Below, in pieces: positions 41,701 to 53,700 of a stretch of 64,000 nucleotides of DNA. The translations under genes and the position numbers were made by a program. The stretch comes from Amoebophrya sp. A120 (lineage: Eukaryota; Protista; Dinoflagellata). Within the stretch, counting starts at the first letter, position 1. The number at the start of each line of letters is the position of its first letter. The notes beneath the pieces are model-generated. The model was not told the DNA's origin, did no database searches, and saw nothing but the letters and a program-made list of their open reading frames with translations. The stretch spans positions 3,044,833 through 3,108,832 of the forward strand of contig CAJINV010000005.1 in the NCBI GenBank assembly GCA_905178155.1. The letters are read 5' to 3'.

Positions 41701-44700
41701 CGTTCAACCGGAACTTTCAGTTTCCGATCAACAGTTTGACAAAGCCAATTTTGACCAAGCTTGGGTTTCAGGACCTAGACGTGCAGAGCCGGGTGATCGA
41801 AGTTTCCAAGGTGGTCAACAAAACGGAGACCGTCCGGCTGTACAGGAGGCTCTTAACCGTGAACGGGATCGACCGGGGTTACGCGGACGTGTTACTCCCG
41901 CTTCTGCTGTTCGACTTGACCAGTGTAGCAAATTTGAACAACGGCTTACCCCTCCCGCCACCCAACACCGCTTTGTACGCGCAGAACACCGCGGCGCTTT
42001 TCCGGCTCGGGCTGTCCGGGCAATCCAAAATTTTGGACTTGAAAAACGCCTTGGACTTGCGGATCAACAGATTGATTTTCCTGTCTTCCATATCCCACGA
42101 AAAAACTGTTTCACTGTGATGGTTTTGCAAGATCCACGATCACAAGTTTGCTACACATGATACAGAAAATTTGCCATGCGTGCTTCCCAAGGGAAATCAC
42201 GCTTAAAAATCCAAAGCCTTGCAGGTGTAGCAACCAAGACAAATAGTTCTGTGTATACACTCTGTGCATCACAAGTTCACAGTGAAACACTTCTTTCTTG
42301 CGATATTCCAACAGCGACTACCCGGGCCGGGGGAAAATCGGGTTAGACGCCGGGTACGTAAGGAAACTGACAAAAGACTACGAATTCGCTCTCGAACAGC
42401 CGGACGAGAAACTCCCCGAGGGCTGTGGGCGGGAGGATATATTGACTTTACGGGACGTGATCCACGTGAATCCAACCTTCGGCACGAGGAAGGATTTGAT
42501 CGCAGAAACCGAGAAGCTCATGGCGATTTCGACGACGACAACCACCCCGTGCCCCGAAGTGCTATCAAATGCAAATATGTCTGGGTCTGGAAGAATGCAA
42601 ACTTCTCATGCATATTTTCCATGCCCCATGAGGTTTGGAATGCAGGACCTAGCATGACAGGTTCTGCGACGTCCCTATCATGCCTATCCTGCATGACAAA
42701 CTGCTTCTAAACTTGTTCAAAACTGGACAGCTTTTGGTAGTCATGCAACACAAATTATTGCACGATCCAGACTTAGCATGACAAGTTCGCATCCTCCCAG
42801 GCCCAGACATATTTGCAATGCATAAGTGTGGGACCCGTACAACGATACGCTGATGGACTGGCCGGGGGAATTGAACGCGACCTGCATCAAAGCCTTAGTT
42901 ATGGAGTGCAAATATGTCTGGGTCTGGAAGAATTGAAAGTCTATCATGCTCTGCTAGCATGACTCCAAAGTCTGCCATGCTCGTTACCCAAAAGCCCTTT
43001 TTTCTGTCATGCCGAAGCGCGGTTTGTCATGCAGAATACGCAACACCTAGCTAGTCAGAAACTTGTCATGCTGAGCCATCACTTGAGGCGTCCTCAACAC
43101 TCGCCAACAAGCATCACAAGTTTCCAGACCCAGACAATTTTACAGTTGATATCAGTCGAGGCTGTCCGGACGAGCGACCCGGCGGCGCCGGTCCCTCTCG
43201 TTTGCGAAAACGAACTGCCGAGGGAAAACTGGGGTTTGTATGCGGACGACGATTCCGGGACGTCGTTGGCGCAGTTGAACGGAAATGACGATCCGATCAC
43301 GGTGGGACTGGTCAAGGACTATTTGGACCGGAAAATCGCGCAGAAAGCAATTTTGAGGTCGATCTTCGACGACCCGACCTGTGCGGACTACTTGAAACAA
43401 CTCGGCGGGGCGTTACATTCCGAGAACATCGAAGTTGGGTACAACAAGATCCTCGGAAAAAACGACACGATGCCAATACCGAAACTGCTCCCCGATCCCT
43501 TCAACATGGGCAAGTTGCAGCAACTGAGACTGTTGATCCGAGACGTGAACAATCCGAAAAATGGCGGCGTGCCGACGGTGCAGAACTTCACGGCGGTGAT
43601 TCAGCGCTGGGTCGACTTGGAAAAGGTGATCCGGGATGGCGGTGTGAGTGGGGTGATCGAATCGCGAAATAACGTCGACTGCGTCCGCGAGTTGGCGAAT
43701 TTCACGATGGACGGGGAGTTGCTAGCGGCCGACGTCGTGATCCCCATGTACTGGATGGAAAGTTGCGGCGGGCCGCTGGAAAACATGGGCTTTTTCAAGA
43801 TTCAGACTGCTGCTGGACCCTCGCTAGCGGAGATGGTCGGCCAGGTGTTTGGGAAGGAAAAGGGACGAATGGGTGCTGTTGACGGAATAAATTCAGACGC
43901 TGGTCGTGTTGAAGAGCAAGCATCTGGACGAGCAGTGGCGTTGCTACAGGACGAACAAGAATACGACCTCCATGTGCGGCCTCCTGAAGAAATAAAGACT
44001 GCTCGTGCTCCTCCTTCTACCGTGACCTTGCAGGAGGGAGCAGCTCTTCTCCCTGTAATTACAGATGATCATCAAAGCCGCACGTCGGTAACTGGCCTCG
44101 AAACAAGCAAAACCCTGACGAGGAGAGAAGTTGCAACTACTTCGACAGATGAAGAACTTCTACACACTGCTCTCGAGAAAACCGATGTCTCTAAAACTGG
44201 TGAAAACAATTGCGAGTGCGACGAGGAGCAGAAGCAGCAACTTTTAGAAGAAAAGCAGAAACAAGAAAGCGGTAAGCAAGACCCCAAGATCGTCGTGAAT
44301 ATCTGTCCGTGCAAGATTTACCCGATCAAGAAACCGGTGAAGAAGTTTGACAGCTCGGCCTTCGGAAAACTCTCCGCGTCGACCGGGTTGGTTCCCAAGG
44401 GGCTACCTTTGTCCGGTTCCTACAATCCAGGGTCTTTGAACACGGCGATCCCGGTTTTTCCCGCGCTGAAAGACGTGTGGCTGCCGATAAAACAGGTGAC
44501 CATTTATCTGAACAACAAAGTGTCGCAGAGAGACAGCCTTCAACGCCTCCAGTTCACCGAAACCTACACCAACGAGCTGGCGAAGGCCCTGCAATTCGCC
44601 GATACGAAGCCGAACGACCCGATGCCGCTGCCGACCCCGAGGGACACCTTCACCTTGGAGCGGTTGAAGAAAATGAAGCTTTACCCGCAGATGGCTATCA

Positions 44701-47700
44701 AATGTAAAAATGTCTGGGTCTGGAAGAATGCGCGATTTGTCATGCTGATCTGGCATGGCCCTTAAATCTGTATTGCGTGGCCACAGACAGCCTCTCTTGC
44801 CTGTCATGCAAAAACGCAGTTTCTCATGCGGAATAAGCAGCACAGAAGCACGAAGCAACTTGTCATGCTTGGCGGCGCATTACAGTGCATTTGTTATTGA
44901 CTGACTTGCGTCACAAGTTTCCAGACCCAGACATTTCTGCATTTCATAATGGTCACGATCAAGCAATTCGCCACGCAAACGCAGCGGTTCTTCGAGATTT
45001 TGGACATTTTGGCGGACGGCGGCGTGAAGAACAACATCGCGGATTTCAAACTGGACCTTTGCCAAGACGAGCTGGCGATGGCGATTTTGTCGGGGGACAA
45101 GGAGGCCGCTATCCCGAATGTTTGCAAGCAAAACAAGATCGTCCGGCGGTGGTGCAGCAGTGGTTTATCTGCGAACAAAGACCAGAAGATCGGGCCGATC
45201 GCGTACTACTTGATGCAGAAGATGAAGCAGAAAAAAGTTTTGCTGACTTTGAACTTTCCCTCTCAATACGCAAAAGTCCTCTCCGAGCAATTGATGCAGG
45301 AGCAACTCACCCCGACGGCGTTGCTGCCGCCTCCCGATATCGTCCATTTTGCGGTTTCCGTGCAGATTCTGAAGCAGATGCGGTTGGAGCAAGGGTTTGT
45401 GAACCCGTTGATCCTGAAACCGTTGCTCGTGATCGACTTCGTGAATAGGGTCAAGGAGCTGGTCGACTTGTACGCGATCTTCGACGACGCACTGGTGGTG
45501 GACATGGATTGCAAGAAGGATTTGGGCCTCGCGATTACGGCTGGAGCAATGAAAAATTCTCAACCACCGGCGAGTTGCTCGAAGTTTGTCATTCCGATGC
45601 AGTTTTGGGATGTCAAAGACGTCCGGGAGCTCGGGAAATATTTCTACCAGCGGATCCCGATTCGGAAAGCGGTGATCCGGCTCGGATTCACAAATTCCTA
45701 CACGAAAGAACTGCTGCAAGGAATCCATGGCCGAGCGAAATTCCGAGTACCGACGAAAGCGGAGGTGGAAGATTTCCGTCTGGCGGAAAAGATCGGGTTG
45801 AACGAACAGAACGACTCCCCCGAGCGGTTTGTGGAGCGATTCGGCTACGCCATGGCCCTGCAGGGGGTTTTGTCCGACGGCTTGATCCGGGATGTTTGCG
45901 ACTTGGATCTTCCCTTCCCGTGCGCCGACAAGGTGGTTCTCATGGTCCTCGGGGAAAATCCTGATTTGTCGATCCCGGCGGAGTGTTCGGCGGACGTGAC
46001 GCCGGCCTTCCGGGAGAATTACTGCTTGCTACCCACGAGTAAAGCGGGGGAGGTGGTCTCCTGGTTGGAGGGGAAAATCTTGGCGAAAAGGGCGTTAGAC
46101 GGGCTGAAGATCACGAACGGAAAGATCCGGGAGCGGCTGGCCGCGGCTTTGCATTTAGACGTCGCGCAAGCGGAGGCAAAAATCCCGCCACAGGTTTTGC
46201 AAGTCTCCAAGAAGTTTTCGGCGTTGAATTTAGGGAACGCCACGTTCGCGGAGTACGCGAAGGGGATGTCGCAATTCGGGCGGCAGATTGAGGTGATGAT
46301 CCACGCGGGGTGGACGCGACCCGGCGCTTTATTCCTCGCCGACCACATGCAGGGCGCTTTACCGGGCGCCACCGTGACCGATGCGGTGCTGGCAGACACG
46401 AATTTCCGAAAGCCGTCCGATCCGTCGAAGGTCCAAGGCCCTTTGTGGAAGCAGGCGTGGTTCATGCTGGGGATCCGGGAGAACGGGGATTTGTCAGAAA
46501 TCGTCGACGCGATCGAGCGGAAGTCGAAGCAGTACGAAATGCTGGGTGAACCTGCCTTCCAAAACGAATATGGCCGGTCGCTGAGAAGATTCGTCCTGGA
46601 AACCCCCCGAACGGATAACAACGAGGACATCGTGATTCCGAAGCCGAAGGAGAAGAAGGACATCCTGACGCTCCGCGCGCTATCCCTGTCTCCGACCGCA
46701 ACCTTGAAAGACTTGGCGAACGCGTTGGAGCGGAAGTGGCGGCAGAGGGAGGCGTTGTTCTCCGTCGGGTTCACCTGCCCGTATGCGCGGCTCATGTACA
46801 ACACGCTGGATATGGATGTGTCAGGATTGAAATCGACAAAGTTGAAATAACTTGTAATGCATAAAATGCGATACAAAAAGTGACTCTATTGCAGAGGACG
46901 CACGGGCGGCAGATTCTAGTCCTGGTAAGGGTCAAAAGTTGGACTGCTGACTAGCATGACAGAAGGCAGCTCTTTTGCCCTAAACCGCATGACAGACTCG
47001 CTTCCAGGACCGGGAAAATTTGTCATGCACCGACTACAGACTGTAGGTCTAAGCGGTATCCGTTTTATGCATGACAAATTATTTCAATTTCAACTTTGAC
47101 GATTTCAATCCTGACACTCCCATACTGGAGGATGTCTGTCTCGGCTCCGCCGCCACCGGCACCGCACCCGCAAAGACGAACAACCAAGACTACACTAGCG
47201 ATAAGGTCGATTCCGCCACGGTTTTCGGGCTATCATCTGGCGCGAAATTTCCGTCGAAACTTCAAGACGTCATTCTGCTGGACCGACTCCCGCTGCAGAA
47301 AAACACGACCGCGCAACAACTCGCCGGGTTTTTAGACACAAACGGCGGCTTTTACGACGCGATCACGCACATCAACTTGACACCGAGTTACACGAAAACG
47401 CTGTTTGAAACTTTGCTGCGAAGTTACGCGGAGTCGCCGCAGCAAAGGATCCCGTTGATCACCTCGAAAGAGGATCAGCAGGCGTTATCCCTGATCGGTG
47501 TCTCCCCGAGTTCCACGCTCCAGAAGCTCGCCGCCGTTTTATCCCGGATCTACTGGTGGCGCTCGGCGCTGGAGCGGCATCTGCCGCTCGCTTTCGCGAA
47601 AACGGTAGAGGATGTGTTGGTGAAGCGGGCCTTGGGAAATCCCTTGGACTCGGTCCCTGTGCCCGCCGTGAAGTCCGAGGCGGAGCGGATCATGCAGAAG

Positions 47701-50700
47701 GTTTTCAAAGTCGACATCGCCGCAGCGCGGGCTGCTGGAGGAGCCGGAACAAGTGCAAATCAGCCAAGTTCATCTACTTCTCTGGCGAACATCGGCGCGA
47801 ACGGCGAGTTAGTACAACAGCAACAACATGGGGGGCCACGGATTCCGGATGCGGGGGAGAACTCTGCGACCTTGCAGGGGCTGATCAGGGAGTTGGAGTG
47901 GAAGTGGTGGCAAAGAGTCGCCTTAGCGAAGCTCGATTTCGACTGCGAGTACCGGATATCCTGTGCAAAAGTATCGTACTCGTATTGCAATCATGCATTA
48001 CAAATCCTTTTGTTAAGGTAAATCGGCATTACAAATTTTATTTGTCATGCTGAGGAAATTTGTAATGCATTTAAGTATACGAGTACGATACTTTTGCACT
48101 TCATACCGGATTGAGCTGACTAAGTGCTTCGCCCTTGGATTCCTGGCACCCGACACGCAACTCCCGTCTCCCGGGGTCGACACAGATCGGTTGACGAAAT
48201 TGGGAAACCTGGGCGTCGGCCCGGCAAGCAGTTGTTATGATTTCGTGAAGAAGATGGACGAGCATGTGATGCGATTTCTCGCCAGAAATTGGCGCGAAGC
48301 GTTGGCCGCGTGGACGCGGAGGGACGCGCCAACGGCTTTATCGACGGATTTGTGTCAGGACGTCCGGATTCGAGACACGGTCTTGCACGATTCCGCAGTT
48401 CTCGCCTTTTCCTGTATCAAATGTAAAAATGTCTGGGTCTGGAAGATTGCGAGATTTGTCATGCTTGTCTGGCATGACAAAAAAGTTTGTGATGCGTGTC
48501 CAAGAAGAGACCCTTGTCACGCAAAAACGCAGGCTCTCATGCGAAAAACGCAACACAAAGAAGCGCAGATATTTCTCATGCTTGGCTGTGCATTACAGAG
48601 CATTCACTACTCCCAACAAAGCATTACAAGTTTCCAGACCCATACATTTTTGCATTTGATATCCTGTCAAACGGTGCAACACACCATGTCGAAGAAGCAG
48701 AGAGTGGGGTTTGTCGCGAGAATGTGTTCGCGTATCCTTGTGTTCCGCCACGGGTGGCAGCGCTCCAAGTCCAAACCCGCGGTTTTCGACGGCGATATCA
48801 CGGTCGCCGGGTGCAACAGCACGAGTTTACTCACCCCGAACGCGAACCGCGCGTGGGCGGCGCCGCGAGTGATTTTGAAGCCGTTTTTGATCCGAGTGGA
48901 GACGGAGGAGGAGCTCCACGAGTCTTTCAGTCAGAACAAGCTGATCGATGATCCGTATTACACGGCGGCCAGAGCGGTCGGCTTGGCCTACGCTCTCGAC
49001 GTGCCGGAAGACCAGGTGAACCTGATCGGTTTGAAAATCCGCCCGGTTTCGATCGCGCAAGACCCAAGTTCCATGATGCTCACCGCGGTGGGTGCGAATG
49101 GGGAACTGGAAGTGGTTAGTGATGAAGATGGGTCAATAACAGCAACATCTTCTACAAGTGCAACATCTTCTCGACGGGCTGAAGATAAAAATCCCTACTT
49201 AATAGGCGAGGACGTCGGAGACGACAAAGGGTCGGACGGCGGGGGCAACCCGGCCGGGATCACCTCCTCGGGCGAGGACGAGGCGGCGAAGCTGGTGTCG
49301 GTTGCCGGCTATGCATTGCAAAAGTATCGTACTGGTGTAAATTGCATTACAAATTTTGCCAAGAAAAAAAATGCAATTTGTCATGCTATTTCAGGTAGAA
49401 AGTTGAATTTTTCATGCCTATCTGCAATTAGTACGTGGGAGTACGATACTTTTGCACAGGATACCGGCAAAGGCTCGGCGGCGGAGAAGCTCCAGGCGGC
49501 GAACGTGTACAGGATGCATGTTTTGGCGGACTTCATGGTATCGGCGATCAGCGAGAAGGATTTGGTGCAGGAAATCCAAACCGCGGCGTTCCCCTGCGCG
49601 GTCAAAACGAAGCAAGCCCTGATCGCGAACGAAAAGTTCTACCAGGAACCAAATGTACCCGCGCCGATCTTGGGAAGGGTTATCGCCGTGCGACTGCTGG
49701 AAGATTCGGTGCCGGCCGCGCCGGGTACCACGATTTCTCAAGTCTCCAAACCCTGGCCGCCGTACTTGCGAAAGGTGTCCAGTTTCAACGCGAGCAATTG
49801 CGAGCAGGTGGATGTGTCACTGGGCGCACCGGTGAGCCCAGTGAAAGACTCCGAACCCGGGGTTCTCGAGTACGCCTCCGTGTCTAAGCAAGCGGCGAAC
49901 ATAGCGAACAGCCAGCAGACCGCGAACGCGAAACAGGCGGCCATAGCTGCGAAGGCGAACGCGGCTGCGCAATCAAATGTGGCAAAGGCGAAGGCTGCCG
50001 CGGCGGCGAAATCTGCTTCGGGGCAGATCGTCATGCTGCAGACAGAGAAAACGGAGATGAAGATGTTCTCACAGAGCAACAAGGCACTACTACAAGAGCA
50101 CCAAAGTAGTAAAAACGAGCATATGCTTCTCGCAAACAGGATGCAGCAGATGAGTCGCGTGGTTTACCAGGCGGAGGCGAAGAACATCTCGTACCAAACC
50201 GTCCCGGTTGTGAAAGCCGAGCTGTGCGACCGGCTCTCGTCCACCGACGTTTTCTCGAAGGACTTGAACGCTACGGGGGGTTGCAACCAGTTTTACCTTC
50301 AGCAATTCTCGTCAGAGAGCTTTGAGAACGGGTCTCTGAAGCAATCGTGGCACAGCCGCGCGTTCCTCGACATGGAGGTGCGGAATGCGAAAATGTTCAA
50401 TTGTGAGGCGATCGACCAACGGAACTATCTGGTCCCCGTCGCTCGCGTTGCGCTAGAGGCGGTTGCGTGCGACTCCGTGGAGATCGAGTCTCCCGGGCAG
50501 GGGGCGAATTACGTCGCGGCGAAAACGCCCGCGCGCGTGATCGCGCTGTCCTGTGCCGGTCACGCGTGGAAGGACAACGAGGGCGTGCACGTGGAGGAGT
50601 GCTCGAGAATTCGCATCTTCCAAAATGAGGTGGACACGGAGGAGGACGCGCTTTCCTGGCGGGGATCGGCGTTGTTGAAAAACTGCGACCGCACCACGAC

Positions 50701-53700
50701 AATCTTAGTCCACCCGGAAGCAGACTACGTGGAGATCGCGGGACAGGTTTCTTTGCTCGTGAACGCCATCAACGCCACGGGGGGGAAGCAGGAACTGGTC
50801 GCGGCTAGAGGGTGTCGGTTCGCGAACACCGCGGGGATCGGGAGGAGAGCGCTTGATCCCGGCAGGAATGTCATCGTGAAAGCGGAGAAGTGCAGGACGA
50901 TGCACCACGAACGGATCGGAGCGGATCTGGTGCAAGCGCTATCAAATGTAAAAATGTCTGGGTCTGGAAACTTGTGATGCTGGGTGGCGTCTCATGATGA
51001 GGCTACAGATGCTGGCTCAGCATGACAAGTTTCTGAGCTCCTAGGTGTTGCCTATTCTGCATGACAAACTGCGCTTCTGCATCACAGAGGAACGGAGCTC
51101 TTGGGTAACGTGCATGACAGATTTGAGAGTCACGCCAGACAAGCATGACAAACATGAATTCTTCCAGACCCAGACATTTTTACATTTGATAAGCGCGCAA
51201 CCTGTACAACGTGCGGCCGGTATTAAGAGGAAAAATCCCCCCTCCCCATATCGAAAAGGTATTTTTCCGAAAATTTGTGTTGCTGATTTGCGACCTCAAA
51301 TCACGTCTGTCTTGCAAGAAGGCAACTCCACAAGCTCCGCAGCATTGTGCAGGCGGTTTGTGATGCTGATGGGCCTACAGCACGGACGTTTCTCATGCTA
51401 GACGCCTAGGCCAGAGCCTCTCTACTTAGGCTCAGCATGGGGCTGCATTCCTCTCCAGCAAGACAAATCGTATTTGTGTACGCAAATTCTGCATGAGAAA
51501 CTTCGTTTTGATATGGGGAGGGGGCATTTTTCCTTTTGATAGCCGGATCAGGTAAACGTGCCGACCGCGACGGTGAGACCGCGGAACGAGGCGTTGTTTC
51601 ATGGGACCAGGTGCGAGAGGATCGAGGTTCATAACGAGGAACGGTTCCCGATCGTCGAGAAGGGGGATTTCATTCTCGAAAACTGCACCCACCTGGAGAT
51701 GGTGAAGGAGCCAAAGTGTGCGAGGGAGCAGTTGACGCCAATTGACTGCAACGGGGGGATCACGATCGGGCGGGAGAAGATTCTAGACGGGGTGGAGTTT
51801 ATCACCACGACAAACTGCACAAGTTACCGGGTGAAGACCACGCCGTTATCGGGTGTGAACGTGGAAACAGACTGCGACTTCTTCGAAATACAGCTGGCAC
51901 AGACGAAAGGCACGACGCCGGGCACCTTCGCGACCGCGAAGGCCGCGGCGACCGGGGGTGGCGGGGCAAGTCAGAGTGCTTCTTCTACGCCGCAGCGTAT
52001 GCTGCGAAAGGGCGGGACTTTGAAATTGGAAGAGTGTGCGGACGTTTTACAAGAGATTCGGGAAACGTGCACCACCACAACCACCACCACCACCACGACA
52101 ACCACCACGACGAATACGAGGATGAAATTGTTTTTTTTGGGAAGAGTTTTGAACGCTTCTGTAGCTGTCGCCGAGCGAAATCTAATTTTATGCATGCAAT
52201 GCATTAATGAATTGGCAGCTCATGGTCATGATGTTCTGGTAAAACGCAGTGGCCGGGGGACAAGCACAAGCTGAACAAGAATGAGAATTCGAAAAGACAA
52301 ATATGCGAACCTATGCTAGAAGGTCACCCAAGTATCCCAGAAAAGTTCTGTCTGCATAAAACCAAACACCACCACCACGACGACCACCACCACTACCACA
52401 ACCACGACGACGACAAAGGCGAAGTTTGCGTTTTTCGTACACTGTGCAAACATCACCTTTCCGGAATTCGCTGGGGGCAAGGAAATCCGGATTCCCAGAG
52501 CCGAGAATGTGACCATCAAAGCGGTATTGTGTTTATTTTGAGCCAGTTTTTCATTTTATATCTATGAGCAGCGTCGGTGTTTTTTTCGTCTGGCAGAGAA
52601 ACGCCTGAACTGAAATAAAAGTAAAACTACCGCATGACTTATCGTTATCCTCATCCCCACGACCTCAGACCTGCGACGAGGTGGAGCACCGCCTGAGCCC
52701 GGCTTTCCACGTGTACGGGAAGGTCTGTTCGTCCGTGGAACTAACGCCGGGGATCACGCGCGTCGGCGGCGGCGACGTGAGCATCTCCGGTTGCACGCCG
52801 CTGCCCGAGCAGCCGGAAGTGTGTTTGAACCCGACCACCAACCAGCCCGATTTGCCGATCTTTGAGTCCGGCAACTGCGATCAGATCATCATGCAGGACT
52901 TCCATCAAATGTAAAAATGTCTGGGTCTGGAAGAATGCAACTTGTCATGGTAAATCTCAAGCATGCAAAAATCTGTGTTGCATGATTACCAAAAGTCGTC
53001 CAGTTTTGACCAAGTCGGGAGGGAGTTTGCCATGCAGGACAGGCATGAGAGAGATCGCGCAGAGTCTGTCATGCTAGGTCCTGCATTCCAGACCTCATGG
53101 GTCATGGAAAAGCTGCATGACAAATCGCGCATTTTTCCAGACCCAGACATTTTTACATTTGATAACTTCACGGGCAAAACGAGCGTGGTGCACGGTTTCA
53201 AGTTAACCGCTGCGGGCGAGGGGTGTGAGTCTACCGCACAATCGAAAGCGGCGCAGACGGACCCGAACGGAATTGACGTGTTGGCGAAGATGTGCAAGCG
53301 GGTGGTGGTGGAAACGGATGCGAAGTACGTCCCGGCGTATAACGGCCTGTTCCAGGCGCTGGACTGCGAGTATTCCCAACTCGTGAAATGCCCGAGGAAG
53401 CGACAGCGATTCTTGAAAACGAATTCCGCGAAAGTTCTCCTCGGGTTCGGGCCGAAGAAGCCTCCGATCGTGGTGCACGCGGAAGTGCCGAACGGAACTC
53501 TGTGGGAGGGACCGGCCTTGGATGAGCCGAACAAAGAGATCCCGGGCCGGTTCCCGCCTTTGGGCGTGAAAGACGTGAAGCCGTTGGACTCTGTACTGCC
53601 ACCGTGGTTCAAGTTGAATGTGACAAACATCGGAGTCATGCCGAATTTAGAGTACCCCTACAAATTCCCGAATCCGCCTTTTTTGCCCAACAAGGAAACG

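Noticed and set aside
52085-52390. Non-TIR intron bounded by a 24-bp direct repeat
   Set aside because: The repeat is poly-Thr codon similarity. A GT-AG intron at 52146-52319 explains the in-frame stop.
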